DNA of 64,000 nucleotides, from the NCBI GenBank assembly GCA_963805625.1, contig CAWDVE010000004.1, positions 30,427 through 94,426 on the forward strand, read 5' to 3'. The stretch comes from an uncultured Candidatus Rokubacteria bacterium. Lineage in GTDB: Bacteria; Methylomirabilota; Methylomirabilia; Rokubacteriales; DASRDR01. Shown piece after piece: positions 9,027 to 18,844 of the stretch. The stretch's first letter is position 1. Each line of letters opens with the position of its first letter. The translations under genes were made by a program, and so were the position numbers. The notes beneath the pieces were generated by a model. That model saw nothing but the letters and a program-made list of their open reading frames with translations, was not told the origin of the DNA and ran no database searches.

Positions 9027-10769
9027 GTGAATCGCACTGACGGCTTACTCGGCATCGAGGCAACGGCTCAGCAGCTTGCTCAGAGAGTTGCGGAGAGCCT
9101 CCCAGTGACTATCGCGAGCGTCGCGCTATGGGACCGGCCGAGCTTCTCGCTCACGATCAAGGCGATCGGGACAGCGCGCCCCCTCGGTGTGCCCCTGCCT
9201 CTGTGGTCGCGGGTGCTGCTCGCGACGGCTCCTACCCATCGAGCCGCGTTCCAGCAGCAGGAGCCCGTCTTTGTGGACCTGGAATCGGCGGGCCAGGCGA
9301 CGGTGCGGGAGGAGGTGGCCCGCGCGCTAGTCCCCCACTTGCGGTCGATCTATCTCTTGCCCATCCGGCTCGGCGACGAGACGCTCGGAATCCTGGGGCT
9401 GGGAGAGATGCGTTCCGGTGTGCGGGAGCCCTTGAGCTCCGAGAAGCGGGAGCGATGCCGCACGATCCTCGAGGAGTTCCTCGCGAGCTCCGCTCACGCG
9501 TGGGAGGCGGGTCGGCTGCGGCAGCAGGTCCGTGCCATGTCGTCTCTCCTTCGGATGGTGAGGGAGATGGCCGAGGCTCGGACCAGCGACGCCGCCCTGT
9601 CCATGTGCGCCTCCGAGGCGGGAGGCTGGTTGGGGGCCCCGGTTCGCGCCCTGCTGTTCCGGGTGGAGCCCTCGGAAGACATCGCGGTCGCCGCGCGGTA
9701 TCGGTTCCCCAAGCCGGTGACGCCCGCGGACGCGGCCCAGATCGTGCTCGCCCTGGCCCGGAGCCGGACGCAGTCTGAATGGCCGGTGGGGGTGGTGAGC
9801 GTTGCTGACGATCCGCTCGATCCTCTTCGAGCAGCGACCTCGGACAGCGGACGCTGGACCCGCATCACCCTACCGCTCATGAACACCGGGCGTTTGCTGG
9901 GGTTGATCTGCCTTTACGTCGAGGAGGAGCTGCAGCTCAGCGACTGGGAGCTTGAGGCGTTCCGGCACCGGGCTGAGATCGCGACCCAGGTCTTGGCGCT
10001 GGTCTGGACGCTCGAGGATCACGCGCACGAACGCCAGTGGGTTGAGCGCGCCGCCTACGAGATTCTGTCGACGAGCCAGCGCAGGGCGCTGCGCGAGGCA
10101 CTGCGGGGGATCGGTCGGCTCGTCGAGACGCTGCTCCCGGACCGGATCCAGCGGCTCGTGACGGCGCTGGACGCCTCCGCGCCGATCGGTTCAACCGAGG
10201 TGGCCGTCCTCGCGCAGGCCGTCACGCACGAGGTAGCCGCCGTGCTGGAGGGGTTCCATGGAGAGGGCTCGGCGCCCGCCGCCTCGGGACGGGAGGACCT
10301 CAACAGTCTGGTCCGACGGGTTTCGAGCATGGCGCGGGCCAGCTTCGAGCTGCCTGCCGATCCGCACCGTCGAGCGGTCCAGTTCAGCCTGGAGCTGATG
10401 AGCGAGCCTCTGGTGGTGCTGACGACTCCCGAGCTCGTGGCCGCGCTCGTGCACGCCATCGAGAACGCCGTGGAGGCGATGCCGGAGGGCGGGGAGATCC
10501 GCGTCGTGACGGAACGGGACAACGGCCACGCGCTGATCTCGGTGCAGGACAGCGGGCCGGGTGTCGCCCCCCTCGATGACGCGTTCGCACCGCTGGTGTC
10601 CACGAAGGGCAAGCCGCACATGGGGCTGGGGCTCTCTGTCCTTCGGAGCGTCGTCCACCAGCATGGGGGTACCGCCTCGCTCGTATCACCGGACGGAGGA
10701 GGGGCCCTCCTGCAGATCAGGCTGCCGCTGACCAGCGGCCGAGCGGAGTCGACCGATGACGAGCACTGA
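9027..10769 (+). CDS. GAF-domain sensor histidine kinase
   Basis: GTG start. The long N-terminal region is GAF-like. H-box-like THEVAAVLEG. HATPase_c boxes HAIENAVEAM (N), VQDSGPGV (G1) and GLGLSV (G2). Confidence 0.8.
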   Translation: MNRTDGLLGIEATAQQLAQRVAESLPVTIASVALWDRPSFSLTIKAIGTARPLGVPLPLWSRVLLATAPTHRAAFQQQEPVFVDLESAGQATVREEVARALVPHLRSIYLLPIRLGDETLGILGLGEMRSGVREPLSSEKRERCRTILEEFLASSAHAWEAGRLRQQVRAMSSLLRMVREMAEARTSDAALSMCASEAGGWLGAPVRALLFRVEPSEDIAVAARYRFPKPVTPADAAQIVLALARSRTQSEWPVGVVSVADDPLDPLRAATSDSGRWTRITLPLMNTGRLLGLICLYVEEELQLSDWELEAFRHRAEIATQVLALVWTLEDHAHERQWVERAAYEILSTSQRRALREALRGIGRLVETLLPDRIQRLVTALDASAPIGSTEVAVLAQAVTHEVAAVLEGFHGEGSAPAASGREDLNSLVRRVSSMARASFELPADPHRRAVQFSLELMSEPLVVLTTPELVAALVHAIENAVEAMPEGGEIRVVTERDNGHALISVQDSGPGVAPLDDAFAPLVSTKGKPHMGLGLSVLRSVVHQHGGTASLVSPDGGGALLQIRLPLTSGRAESTDDEH

Positions 10770-10944
10770 GCGCATCGACGCGAACGAGACCAGCGGGAGG
10801 AAAACCACCACGAATCCGCGGTGCTGGCCTCCCGTCCGGAGCAGTTTCCGGGGGTCGGCACGGTACACTTGACCGGAACGCCTCGGCTACGCGCCGGGAC
10901 CCCGGAGTGCACCTTTGCACTCCATCGCACGAGGGAGGACAGAC

Positions 10945-12270
10945 GTGACGAGCGCCCTGGATGAGCTGGGCGGCCGGCTCCGCAACCACACCGCCGTCGT
11001 GGGTGTAATCGGCTTGGGTTACGTGGGGCTGCCCCAGGCGTTGGCGTTTGGCGAGGCGGGCTTCCGTGTTCTCGGCTTCGACATCGACCCTGCGAAGCCG
11101 GAGGCGCTGAACGCCGGGCGCTCGTATCTGCTTGACATCCTCTCGGACCGAGTTGCCGCCTTGGTCTCGTCGGGGCGCTTGGCCGCGACCACGGACTTCG
11201 GTCGGGTGGGCGAGTGTGACGCCCTCATCGTGTGCGTGCCGACGCCGTTGTCCGAGCACGGTGAGCCGGACCTCTCGGCTGTCTCCGGGACCGCCTCGGC
11301 TATTGCCCCGGGTCTCCGGCCCGGACAGCTCGTGGTGCTCGTGAGCACGACCTACCCGGGCACTACGGAGGAGCTGGTTCGACCGATCCTGGAGGCGCGT
11401 GGCCTCGTGGTAGGTCGTGATATCGCGCTCGGGTACTCGCCCGAGCGGGAGGATCCCGGGAATCCGCGCTACGGGCTGGGGAACACGCCCAAGTTGGTCT
11501 CGGGCTGCACGGAGGCCTGCCGCAACCTGGCTGTGCTCCTCTATGAGCCGGTGGTGCCGAAGGTGGTGCCGGTGTCCAGCACGCGCATCGCCGAGGCGTC
11601 GAAGCTCCTCGAGAACATCTACCGGGCGGTGAACATCGCGCTCGTCAACGAGCTCAAGATGTGCTTCGATCGGATGGGGATCGATGTCTGGGAGGTGATC
11701 GACGCGGCGGCCACGAAGCCGTTCGGGTTCACGCCCTTCTATCCTGGGCCAGGGCTCGGCGGCCACTGTATTCCCATCGACCCTTTCTATCTGACGTGGA
11801 AGGCCCGCGCGTTTGATTTCCACACGCGTTTCATCGAGCTGGCTGGCGAGATCAACACCGCCATGCCCGACTACGTCGTGGGAAAGCTCCGGGACGCCCT
11901 CGATGGTCGCGGGATACCCCTTCGGGGCGCGCGGATCTTGGTCCTGGGTGTCGCCTACAAGCGGGATACGGGCGACATCCGCGAATCGCCCTCGCTGCGC
12001 ATCCTCGGACTGCTGGCGAGGCACGGTGTCCAGGTCACGTACCACGATCCCCACGTGCCCCGCCTCGGCCGGTCACGGCGCTATGAGTTCGACCTCACGT
12101 CGACGCCGCTAACCGCTGTAGCCCTGGGGGCGGCGGACGCCGTGCTGATCCTGACCGACCACTCCACCGTCGATTACGAGCACGTCGTCCGGCACGCGGC
12201 AGTCGTCGTCGACACCCGCAATGCCACGCGCGACGTTCGCGAGGGCCGGGAGAGGGTCGTCAAGGCGTGA
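10945..12270 (+). CDS. Nucleotide-sugar dehydrogenase (UDP-glucose/GDP-mannose dehydrogenase family, UDP-GlcNAc/ManNAc dehydrogenase-like)
   Basis: Rossmann VGVIGLGYVGLPQALAFGEAG, and GGHCIPIDP containing the catalytic Cys. GTG 10945 has a GGGAGGA SD 7 nt upstream; the ORF-track TTG 10915 is less likely. Confidence 0.85.
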   Translation: MTSALDELGGRLRNHTAVVGVIGLGYVGLPQALAFGEAGFRVLGFDIDPAKPEALNAGRSYLLDILSDRVAALVSSGRLAATTDFGRVGECDALIVCVPTPLSEHGEPDLSAVSGTASAIAPGLRPGQLVVLVSTTYPGTTEELVRPILEARGLVVGRDIALGYSPEREDPGNPRYGLGNTPKLVSGCTEACRNLAVLLYEPVVPKVVPVSSTRIAEASKLLENIYRAVNIALVNELKMCFDRMGIDVWEVIDAAATKPFGFTPFYPGPGLGGHCIPIDPFYLTWKARAFDFHTRFIELAGEINTAMPDYVVGKLRDALDGRGIPLRGARILVLGVAYKRDTGDIRESPSLRILGLLARHGVQVTYHDPHVPRLGRSRRYEFDLTSTPLTAVALGAADAVLILTDHSTVDYEHVVRHAAVVVDTRNATRDVREGRERVVKA

Positions 12271-13283
12271 GCGTCCTCCTCACGGGCGCCGCCGGGTTCA
12301 TCGGCTACCACGTGGCGCAGCACCTCCTGACCGACGGCCATCATGTGGTCGGGGTCGACAACCTGAGCGACTACTACGACCCGGCCCTCAAGCAGGCACG
12401 CCTCGACCGGCTGACGCCGCATCCCGGGTTCGGCTTCGAACGGGTGGACGTGAGCGACCGGACGGCCATGATCGAGCTCTTCCGGCGCCACCGGCCCGCT
12501 CGCGTGGTTCACCTGGCGGCGCAGGCCGGGGTTCGCCACTCGCTGACCCACCCTCACGCGTACGTGGACGCAAATCTGTTGGGGTTCCTGAACGTGCTCG
12601 AGGGATGTCGGCATCATGGTGTCGAGCATCTGGTCTTCGCCTCGTCGAGCTCCGTGTACGGCGCAAACACGAGGCTCCCGTTCTCCGTGCACGACAACGT
12701 GGACCACCCGCTGAGCCTGTATGCCGCGACGAAGAAGGCCAACGAGCTGATGGCCCACAGCTACGCTCACCTGTACGGTCTCCCGTGCACGGGCCTCCGC
12801 TTCTTCACGGTGTATGGACCCTGGGGACGGCCCGACATGGCGCTCTTTCTCTTCACCCGGGCGATCCTCGAGGGACGGCCAATCGATGTATTCAACGAGG
12901 GTCGGATGCAGCGGGACTTCACCTACGTTGACGACGTCGTCGAGGGCGTCGTGCGGATCCTGAAGAAGCCGCCGGTGCCGGATCTCGCGTGGTCAGGGGA
13001 CCGGCCTGACCCCGGGACCAGCCGGGCGCCTTACCGTATCTACAACATCGGCAACGACCGGCCCGTCGAGCTCCTCCGATACATCGAGGTGCTCGAAAAG
13101 TGCCTGGGCCGGACGGCGAAGAAGAACTTCCTCCCGCTCCAGCCAGGCGACGTGCCCGTCACGCGGGCCGACGTTGACGACCTGGCGCGTGACTTCGACT
13201 ACCGTCCACAAACGACCGTCGAGGAGGGCATCGCCCGGTTCGTGGAGTGGTACCGCGGCTACTATGCCGTGCCCGGGCGATGA
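12267..13283 (+). CDS. NAD-dependent epimerase/dehydratase, UDP-glucuronate 4-epimerase-like
   Basis: VLLTGAAGFIGYHV..VVGVDNLSDYYDPALKQARL and YAATKKANE (YxxxK). GTGA overlap with the upstream stop. Confidence 0.85.
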   Translation: MSVLLTGAAGFIGYHVAQHLLTDGHHVVGVDNLSDYYDPALKQARLDRLTPHPGFGFERVDVSDRTAMIELFRRHRPARVVHLAAQAGVRHSLTHPHAYVDANLLGFLNVLEGCRHHGVEHLVFASSSSVYGANTRLPFSVHDNVDHPLSLYAATKKANELMAHSYAHLYGLPCTGLRFFTVYGPWGRPDMALFLFTRAILEGRPIDVFNEGRMQRDFTYVDDVVEGVVRILKKPPVPDLAWSGDRPDPGTSRAPYRIYNIGNDRPVELLRYIEVLEKCLGRTAKKNFLPLQPGDVPVTRADVDDLARDFDYRPQTTVEEGIARFVEWYRGYYAVPGR

Positions 13284-14146
13284 GCGCGCGCGCGGTGGCG
13301 AGACACCGCGGACATCAGGACGGCTTGTCCGGTTACCGACTCGTCGTGGTCGACTTGGACGGGACGGCCCGCTCACGATCGCACGGCATCACCGCGGGTG
13401 TGCGAGAGGCCGTGGCGGCGGCCCAGTCCCGCGGCGTGCTGGTTTGCGTAGCGACGGGGCGGATGTGGCGGTCCGCGGAGCCCTGGGTACGAACCCTCGG
13501 CGCCGATTCCCCGGCGATCCTCTACAACGGAGGACAGGTTCTGAACTTCACGACCGGGCACACACTGTACGAGCGACGCCTGCCGCGGCTCGCGGCGCAG
13601 GAAGCGCTCACCCTGGTGCGCCGCGTTCCCGAGGTGCAGCCGCTGCTCTACGCCAGGGATCGGGTCTACGCGGAGCGGCGGCATCCGCTGGCGGATGCGT
13701 ATGCGGTCGATGACGGCCTGAGCTATGAGGTCGTGCCATCCCTCGACCCCCTGCTGGACGAGGATCCGCACAAGCTCCTGATCATCGGTGCCCGTGAGCG
13801 GATCGAGGCGCTGCAGGGAACGGTCCGGCAGGCAGGCCTCCCAATACACGCCGTTCAGTCGGAGCCCGTCTACCTGGAGATTCTCCCGTCGGGGGTGTCC
13901 AAGGGTGCGGCGCTCCGGGCCATGGTCGAAGCGCTGGGAACCTCGATCGAGGAGACGATCGCCATCGGGGACAACTGGAACGATCTCGAGATGATCGAGG
14001 CGGCGGGGCTCGGCGTCGCGATGGGCCATGCGCCCGAGGGCGTCCGCGGCCGCGCCGACTATGTCTGCGGCACCGCCGAGGAGGAAGGGGTCCGCGAGGT
14101 GATCGAGCGGTTCGTGCTGGCGACCGGACCGCCGCCGCGTCGCTGA
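13280..14146 (+). CDS. Cof-type HAD-IIB hydrolase (sugar phosphatase-like)
   Basis: VVVDLDGTA motif I and IAIGDNWNDLEMIEAAG motif IV. ATG 13280 overlaps the epimerase stop (ATGA). Confidence 0.8.
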   Translation: MSARAVARHRGHQDGLSGYRLVVVDLDGTARSRSHGITAGVREAVAAAQSRGVLVCVATGRMWRSAEPWVRTLGADSPAILYNGGQVLNFTTGHTLYERRLPRLAAQEALTLVRRVPEVQPLLYARDRVYAERRHPLADAYAVDDGLSYEVVPSLDPLLDEDPHKLLIIGARERIEALQGTVRQAGLPIHAVQSEPVYLEILPSGVSKGAALRAMVEALGTSIEETIAIGDNWNDLEMIEAAGLGVAMGHAPEGVRGRADYVCGTAEEEGVREVIERFVLATGPPPRR

Positions 14147-14420
14147 GATCTGCGCGAAAGCGTTGTGCTCATTGTAACGGACGTGATCCTGCGCATCAGC
14201 CGCACAAGCGCTACGGGCTTGCGGAGAACCTTTCTTGGTCGAAGGTCAGCCGGCGATTCGACGTGGACCGCGACTGCGTCGACGACGTGGACATGCGCCC
14301 TGGGCCGGGCACTCCGGAGGCGCTCCAGCTCAGCCAGCTTCACCGGCGGCAGCCCCGGGACACCGAGGCCCGGAAGCCGCCGCCGGCGAGGCGGTGTGGT
14401 CCCGCCAGACGTGACGTGCG

Positions 14421-15701
14421 CTACTTCAGGATCTCGTCCACCCGCTGCTGCCCCTCGGCCAGGATCGGGCCGATGGGCTGATTCGTCGTCAGCACGGTCT
14501 GGAGCGCGGTGGTGATGGCGCGCTTGACCTCAATGATGTTCTTCACCGGCAGCTCGGCGAGCGCGAACTGGAGCTGCTCACGCGCCGTGAGCGCCTGGGG
14601 GTACTTGCCGACATAGTCCTTCATGAGCGGCGTCTCCCAGGAGGACTTCCTCGGAGCGACGTAGCCCGAGTCGATCGACCACCGGGCGAGCATCTCGGTC
14701 GACGTGATCCACTTCGTGAATTCCCAGGCCGCCTTCCGGCGGTCGGGGGGCGTCGCCTTGAAGAGGTAGACGTTCCCGCCGCCCGTCGGGGTGCCGAAGC
14801 GCTGACCCTTCGGGAGGAACGCCGTCCCGAACTCGAACTTCGCGTTGTTGCGGACGAAGCCGAGGCCGCCCGTCGTGTAGTAGATCATTGCCACGTTACC
14901 GGCGGCGAAATCGTTCGCCGTCGTGCCCCAGTTGATCGGGCCCGGGGGACTGACCTTCTCCTTCTCCCCGAGGTCCCGGAGGAACTGGGCAGCGGCCACG
15001 GCGGGCGGGCTCGACAGGAGCACCTTGCAGCAGGAGTTGTTCACATCGTAGAGGACGCCCCCCGCCGCGATGGTGAGGGCCTCGTAGAGCCACGTGTCGA
15101 CGCCGCCGCTCGACGGGATCATGAGACCCCAGCGCGTGGTCCGGCCGCCCTCCTGCTTGGTGAGCTTCTTCGCGGCCGCCACCAGCTCCGCCTGGGTCTG
15201 GGGCGGCTTGTTCGGATCGAGCCCGACCTCCTTGAACGCGTCCTTGTTGTAGTACATGACCGGCGTCGACCGCTGGAAGGGGATGGACCACACCTTACCG
15301 CCCTGCGTCGAGTTCAGCATGAAGGCGGGGTAGAAGTCGTCGATCTTGACCTGAGCGGCGTCCGCCGCGATCAGCTCGTCCAGCGGGATGACGATGTCCT
15401 GGCCCAGGATGTCGTTCAGGTTCTGGGACAGCATGATGGCCACATCGGGCGGGGTGCCCCCGCGGATGGCGGCCAGCGTCTTCGCGTAGGCCTCCGTGTA
15501 GCTGCCGGCGAACACCGGCTCGACCTGGATCTGGGGATTCTTCTGGTTCCACTCCTTGACGTACCCCTCGATGATTCGGGCGAGCCCTCCGGCCACGCCC
15601 ACCGGGTAGTAGAACTGGAGCTTCATCTGGGCCTGCGCCATCGGGGCAAATCCGCCGATGAGCGCGAGGACGACGGCGGCGACGAGCGTGCGGAGCTTCA
15701 T
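14421..15701 (-). CDS. Carbohydrate/glycerophosphodiester-type ABC substrate-binding protein (UgpB-like, family 1)
   Basis: Signal peptide MKLRTLVAAVVLALIGGFAPMAQAQ. 426-aa SBP located after two MalFG-type permease genes. Confidence 0.85.
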   Translation of the reverse strand: MKLRTLVAAVVLALIGGFAPMAQAQMKLQFYYPVGVAGGLARIIEGYVKEWNQKNPQIQVEPVFAGSYTEAYAKTLAAIRGGTPPDVAIMLSQNLNDILGQDIVIPLDELIAADAAQVKIDDFYPAFMLNSTQGGKVWSIPFQRSTPVMYYNKDAFKEVGLDPNKPPQTQAELVAAAKKLTKQEGGRTTRWGLMIPSSGGVDTWLYEALTIAAGGVLYDVNNSCCKVLLSSPPAVAAAQFLRDLGEKEKVSPPGPINWGTTANDFAAGNVAMIYYTTGGLGFVRNNAKFEFGTAFLPKGQRFGTPTGGGNVYLFKATPPDRRKAAWEFTKWITSTEMLARWSIDSGYVAPRKSSWETPLMKDYVGKYPQALTAREQLQFALAELPVKNIIEVKRAITTALQTVLTTNQPIGPILAEGQQRVDEILK

Positions 15702-15729
15702 GGACGCCTCCCTTTCGCGGGCCCGGGCG

Positions 15730-16530
15730 TCAGCCCTTCAGGCCCGACTGCGTGAACGACTGGATGAACAGCCTCTGGAAGAGGACGAACAGCAGCATCA
15801 AGGGCGCGATGACGATCAGGGTCCCGGCACAGATCAGCCCCCACTCCGCCCCGGACTCGGACGCGCGGGTGAAGGACTGGAGGCCGACGGCCAGGACGCG
15901 GTTGGAATTACTGGACGTCGCCACCAGGGGCCAGAGGAACTCGTTCCAGTGGTAGATCAGGCTCACCACCGAGAAGGCGGCGAGGTGTGGCCGGACCATC
16001 GGCACGAGCACGTGCCAGAGGGTGCGCAGTCGCCCCGCGCCATCGAGCATGGCCGCCTCGTCGTACTCCGGCGGGATGCTGCGGAAGCCCTGGCGGACGA
16101 GGAAGATCCCGTAGGCGCTCGCGACATACGGCATGGCGAGGCCCGTGAGGGTGTCACCGAGGCCGATGGCGCGGAGGGTGAGAAAGTTGGGCAGGATTAG
16201 GACGACGGGCGGCAGGAAGAGCTGCAGGAGCACGACGTAGAAGACGCTCTGGCGCCCCGGAAACCGAAGGCGGGCCAGGGCGTAGGCAGCGAGGGTGACC
16301 GTTACGAGCTGGACGGCGAGAAGGCCCACCGTGTAGAGGATCGTGTTGCGATAGTAGAGGACGAACGTCGCCGACTGCCAGGCCAGTGAGAAGTTCTCGA
16401 GCGTCGGCGGGAAGCTCCAGTAGCGGCCCTGGCCGAACTCCCGCGACGGCGTGAAGGACGCCAGGAACAGGAACGCGATCGGCCCCAGGAACGGCAGGGC
16501 CAGCAGGAGCGCCGGCCAGTCACGCCTCAT
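15730..16530 (-). CDS. Carbohydrate ABC transporter permease (UgpE/MalG-like)
   Basis: Six-TM protein with an EAA-type loop region (..IPPEYDEAAMLDGAGRLRTLWHVLVPM..). Confidence 0.9.
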   Translation of the reverse strand: MRRDWPALLLALPFLGPIAFLFLASFTPSREFGQGRYWSFPPTLENFSLAWQSATFVLYYRNTILYTVGLLAVQLVTVTLAAYALARLRFPGRQSVFYVVLLQLFLPPVVLILPNFLTLRAIGLGDTLTGLAMPYVASAYGIFLVRQGFRSIPPEYDEAAMLDGAGRLRTLWHVLVPMVRPHLAAFSVVSLIYHWNEFLWPLVATSSNSNRVLAVGLQSFTRASESGAEWGLICAGTLIVIAPLMLLFVLFQRLFIQSFTQSGLKG

Positions 16531-17464
16531 AGTGAACCCCTCGCTCGAGCCGCGGCATGACGAGGAGGGCGAGAGTCAGGAGCAGCGCCACCATCAGGAT
16601 GGTGAGCGCCGAGGCCCGGCCAGTGTCCCAGAACTCGAAGGCCTTGAGGTACGTCTCGTACAGCAGCACGTTGGTCGCGTTCGCCGGGCCCCCGCGCGTC
16701 AGCACGAAGATGTGGTCCACGTTCCGAAGCGCGTCGAGGGCGGCCGTCACCCCGACGTAGAAGGTGATCGGTCCCAGGAGCGGCCACGTCACGTGGCGGA
16801 AGACCCGCCACTCCGACGCGCCCTCGACACGCGCGCCATCCTGCAAGTCGCGGGGGATGGCCTGGAGCCCGGCCAGGAAGAACAGCATGTACAGACCGCA
16901 GTTCTTGTAGATGGCGACGAGGGCGACCGTGATCAGCGCGGTCCTGGGGTCCTCGAGCAATCCCTGCGCGCGACCGGTCAGGCGGCCGATCAGGGTGGCG
17001 ACGGGACCTGAAACCGGATTCAGGAGGAACAGCCAGGTGGCGGCGATGGCGACCGTCGGCAGCAGCACGGGGTGAAAGATGAGGGTCCGGGCGGCGAGCC
17101 GGAGCCGACGGTGTCCGTCGACCGCGACCGCGGCGCCGAGGCCGAACAGCACGGCGAGCGGTCCGACGATCAGGGCGTACAGGCCCGTGTTGACCAGCAC
17201 CTGGCGGAAGAGCGCGTCGCGCCAGAGGTCACGGTAGTTCTGCAGTCCGACCCACCGGGAGGTGGCTCCGGCCTGGGTGAAGCGCTGGAAGGAGCCGAGG
17301 ACGGAGACCACGAGGGGCCAGTAGGTGAAAACCAGGAGGAACACGAGTGTCGGCGCGAGCAGTGCCGCCGCCAGCCCGACCGTCGACCGGCTGACCCTCC
17401 GACGCGTCCGGACACCGGGTACCACCAGTGTCCCCACCTCCGCGCCGAGTGTGGTCACGAGCAT
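16520..17464 (-). CDS. Carbohydrate ABC transporter permease (UgpA/MalF-like)
   Basis: EAA loop ..IPRDLQDGARVEGASEWRVFRHVTWPLL... The ORF-track start at 17575 adds a Pro/Arg-rich non-membrane extension; ATG 17464 (MLVTTLG..) is more plausible. Confidence 0.85.
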   Translation of the reverse strand: MLVTTLGAEVGTLVVPGVRTRRRVSRSTVGLAAALLAPTLVFLLVFTYWPLVVSVLGSFQRFTQAGATSRWVGLQNYRDLWRDALFRQVLVNTGLYALIVGPLAVLFGLGAAVAVDGHRRLRLAARTLIFHPVLLPTVAIAATWLFLLNPVSGPVATLIGRLTGRAQGLLEDPRTALITVALVAIYKNCGLYMLFFLAGLQAIPRDLQDGARVEGASEWRVFRHVTWPLLGPITFYVGVTAALDALRNVDHIFVLTRGGPANATNVLLYETYLKAFEFWDTGRASALTILMVALLLTLALLVMPRLERGVHYEA

Positions 17465-17604
17465 CCTCCGGGGCTTCCGCGTGGCCTGGTTGGGGCCCGG
17501 GGGCGCCGCCGGCCCCGGTGGCCGCTGGTTGTTGCTGCGCCCCGAGACCGCCGGTGGGGACACTAGCACCCGCACACTGACCCGTCAATCGAGGCGCCCT
17601 ACGC

Positions 17605-17634
17605 TTGACTCGGATGTCACCGCGTCGTTACGAT
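17605..17634 (+). promoter_or_regulatory. Sigma-70-type promoter candidate for the 17722 ABC operon
   Basis: TTGACT (17605-17610), 18-nt spacer, TACGAT (17629-17634), about 90 nt upstream of ATG 17722. Confidence 0.45.
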
Positions 17635-17721
17635 CGGGCAACATGGGTGGACGCCCGCCCGGGCTCGGGTCTGCTCGGCGACCGCCAGGACCCCACATCC
17701 TCGACGAGGAGGACAGCAGGC

Positions 17722-18756
17722 ATGCGATCAACCGTCCGAACCCTCGTGGCGCTCCTTGCGGGGCTCGCCGCGTGTCTCGTGCCCGGGGTAGCCCGGGCTC
17801 AGGGCCAGCTGGTGCTCTACTGCACACCGCAGGAGGAGTGGTGCCGGGCGATGGTGACGGCCTTCGAGCGCACCACCGGCATCAAGGTCAACATGACCCG
17901 CAAGAGCTCCGGGGAGAACTACGCCCAGATCAAGGCCGAGGCCGCGAACCCGAAGGGCGACATCTGGTGGGGCGGCACTGGGGACCCCCATCTCCAGGCC
18001 GCGGAGGAGGGCCTGACCCTCGAGTACAAGTCGCCGAAGCTGGGCGAGCTCCAGGAATGGGCGGTGCGTCAGGCTGAGCAGTCGAAGTACCGGACCGTCG
18101 GAGTCTACGCGGGCGCCCTCGGATTCGGTTACAACACGGAGCTCCTCGCCAAGAAGGGGCTGCCCGAGCCAAAGTGCTGGGCGGACCTCCTCGACCCCAG
18201 GTTCAAGGACGAGGTGCAGGTGGCCGACCCGAACTCCTCCGGGACGTCGTACACCATGCTCGCGACCATGGTGCAGATCATGGGCGAGGACAAGGGCTTC
18301 GACTACCTGAAGAAGCTCCACAAGAACGTGAACCAGTACACGAAGTCCGGCGCGGCGCCCGCGCAGGCGATGAGCCAGGGCGAGACGCTGATCGGCATCA
18401 CGTTCATGCACGACATCGTGACCTTTGCCGTCCAGGGCCGTCCGGTCAAGGTCGTGGCACCGTGCGAGGGTACCGGCTACGAGATCGGCTCGCAAAGCAT
18501 CATCAAGGGCGGGCCGAACCTCGAGAACGCGAAGAAGTGGTACGACTGGGCGCTCACGCCCGAGGCGCAGGCCCTCGGCGCCCCGGCGAAGGCGTACCAG
18601 GTGCCCTCGAACAAGAGCGCGCCCGTCCCGCCCCAGGCGCCGAAGTTCACGCAGATCAAGCTCATCAACTACGACTTCGCCAAGTACGGCTCCTCAGCCG
18701 AGCGCAGGCGCCTGCTCCAGAAGTGGGACACGGAGGTCAAGGCGCTCCCGAAGTGA
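17722..18756 (+). CDS. FbpA/AfuA/PhnS-type periplasmic substrate-binding protein
   Basis: ATG 17722 has a GAGGAGGA SD. Signal peptide MRSTVRTLVALLAGLAACLVPGVARAQ. Followed by a fused double permease and an ATPase, the classic Fbp/Afu/PhnSTUV layout. Confidence 0.85.
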   Translation: MRSTVRTLVALLAGLAACLVPGVARAQGQLVLYCTPQEEWCRAMVTAFERTTGIKVNMTRKSSGENYAQIKAEAANPKGDIWWGGTGDPHLQAAEEGLTLEYKSPKLGELQEWAVRQAEQSKYRTVGVYAGALGFGYNTELLAKKGLPEPKCWADLLDPRFKDEVQVADPNSSGTSYTMLATMVQIMGEDKGFDYLKKLHKNVNQYTKSGAAPAQAMSQGETLIGITFMHDIVTFAVQGRPVKVVAPCEGTGYEIGSQSIIKGGPNLENAKKWYDWALTPEAQALGAPAKAYQVPSNKSAPVPPQAPKFTQIKLINYDFAKYGSSAERRRLLQKWDTEVKALPK

Positions 18757-18844
18757 CGATCAGGGGACCCTCGCTCGCGGGCCTGCCGCAGGCTCTGCGG
18801 GCGAGGGTCTCCACCTTCACGGTCGACCTCGATCCCGGTCCGGT

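Noticed and set aside
14147-14420. 274-bp gap with ORF 14059-14343 (minus), considered as a possible toxin-antitoxin or transposase fragment.
   Set aside because: I could see no recognisable domain, start context or repeat boundaries. I left it as unexplained spacer.
18425-18844. Upstream extensions of ORF-track ORFs: 18425, 27110-28060, 33997-34722, 38353-38814, 41415-42380, 3541-3648, 17605-17721 and 29324-29485.
   Set aside because: Each extension reads through the preceding gene in another frame or through intergenic DNA, and gives Arg/Pro-rich junk. Internal starts with an SD or ATGA/GTGA coupling yield proper N-termini.
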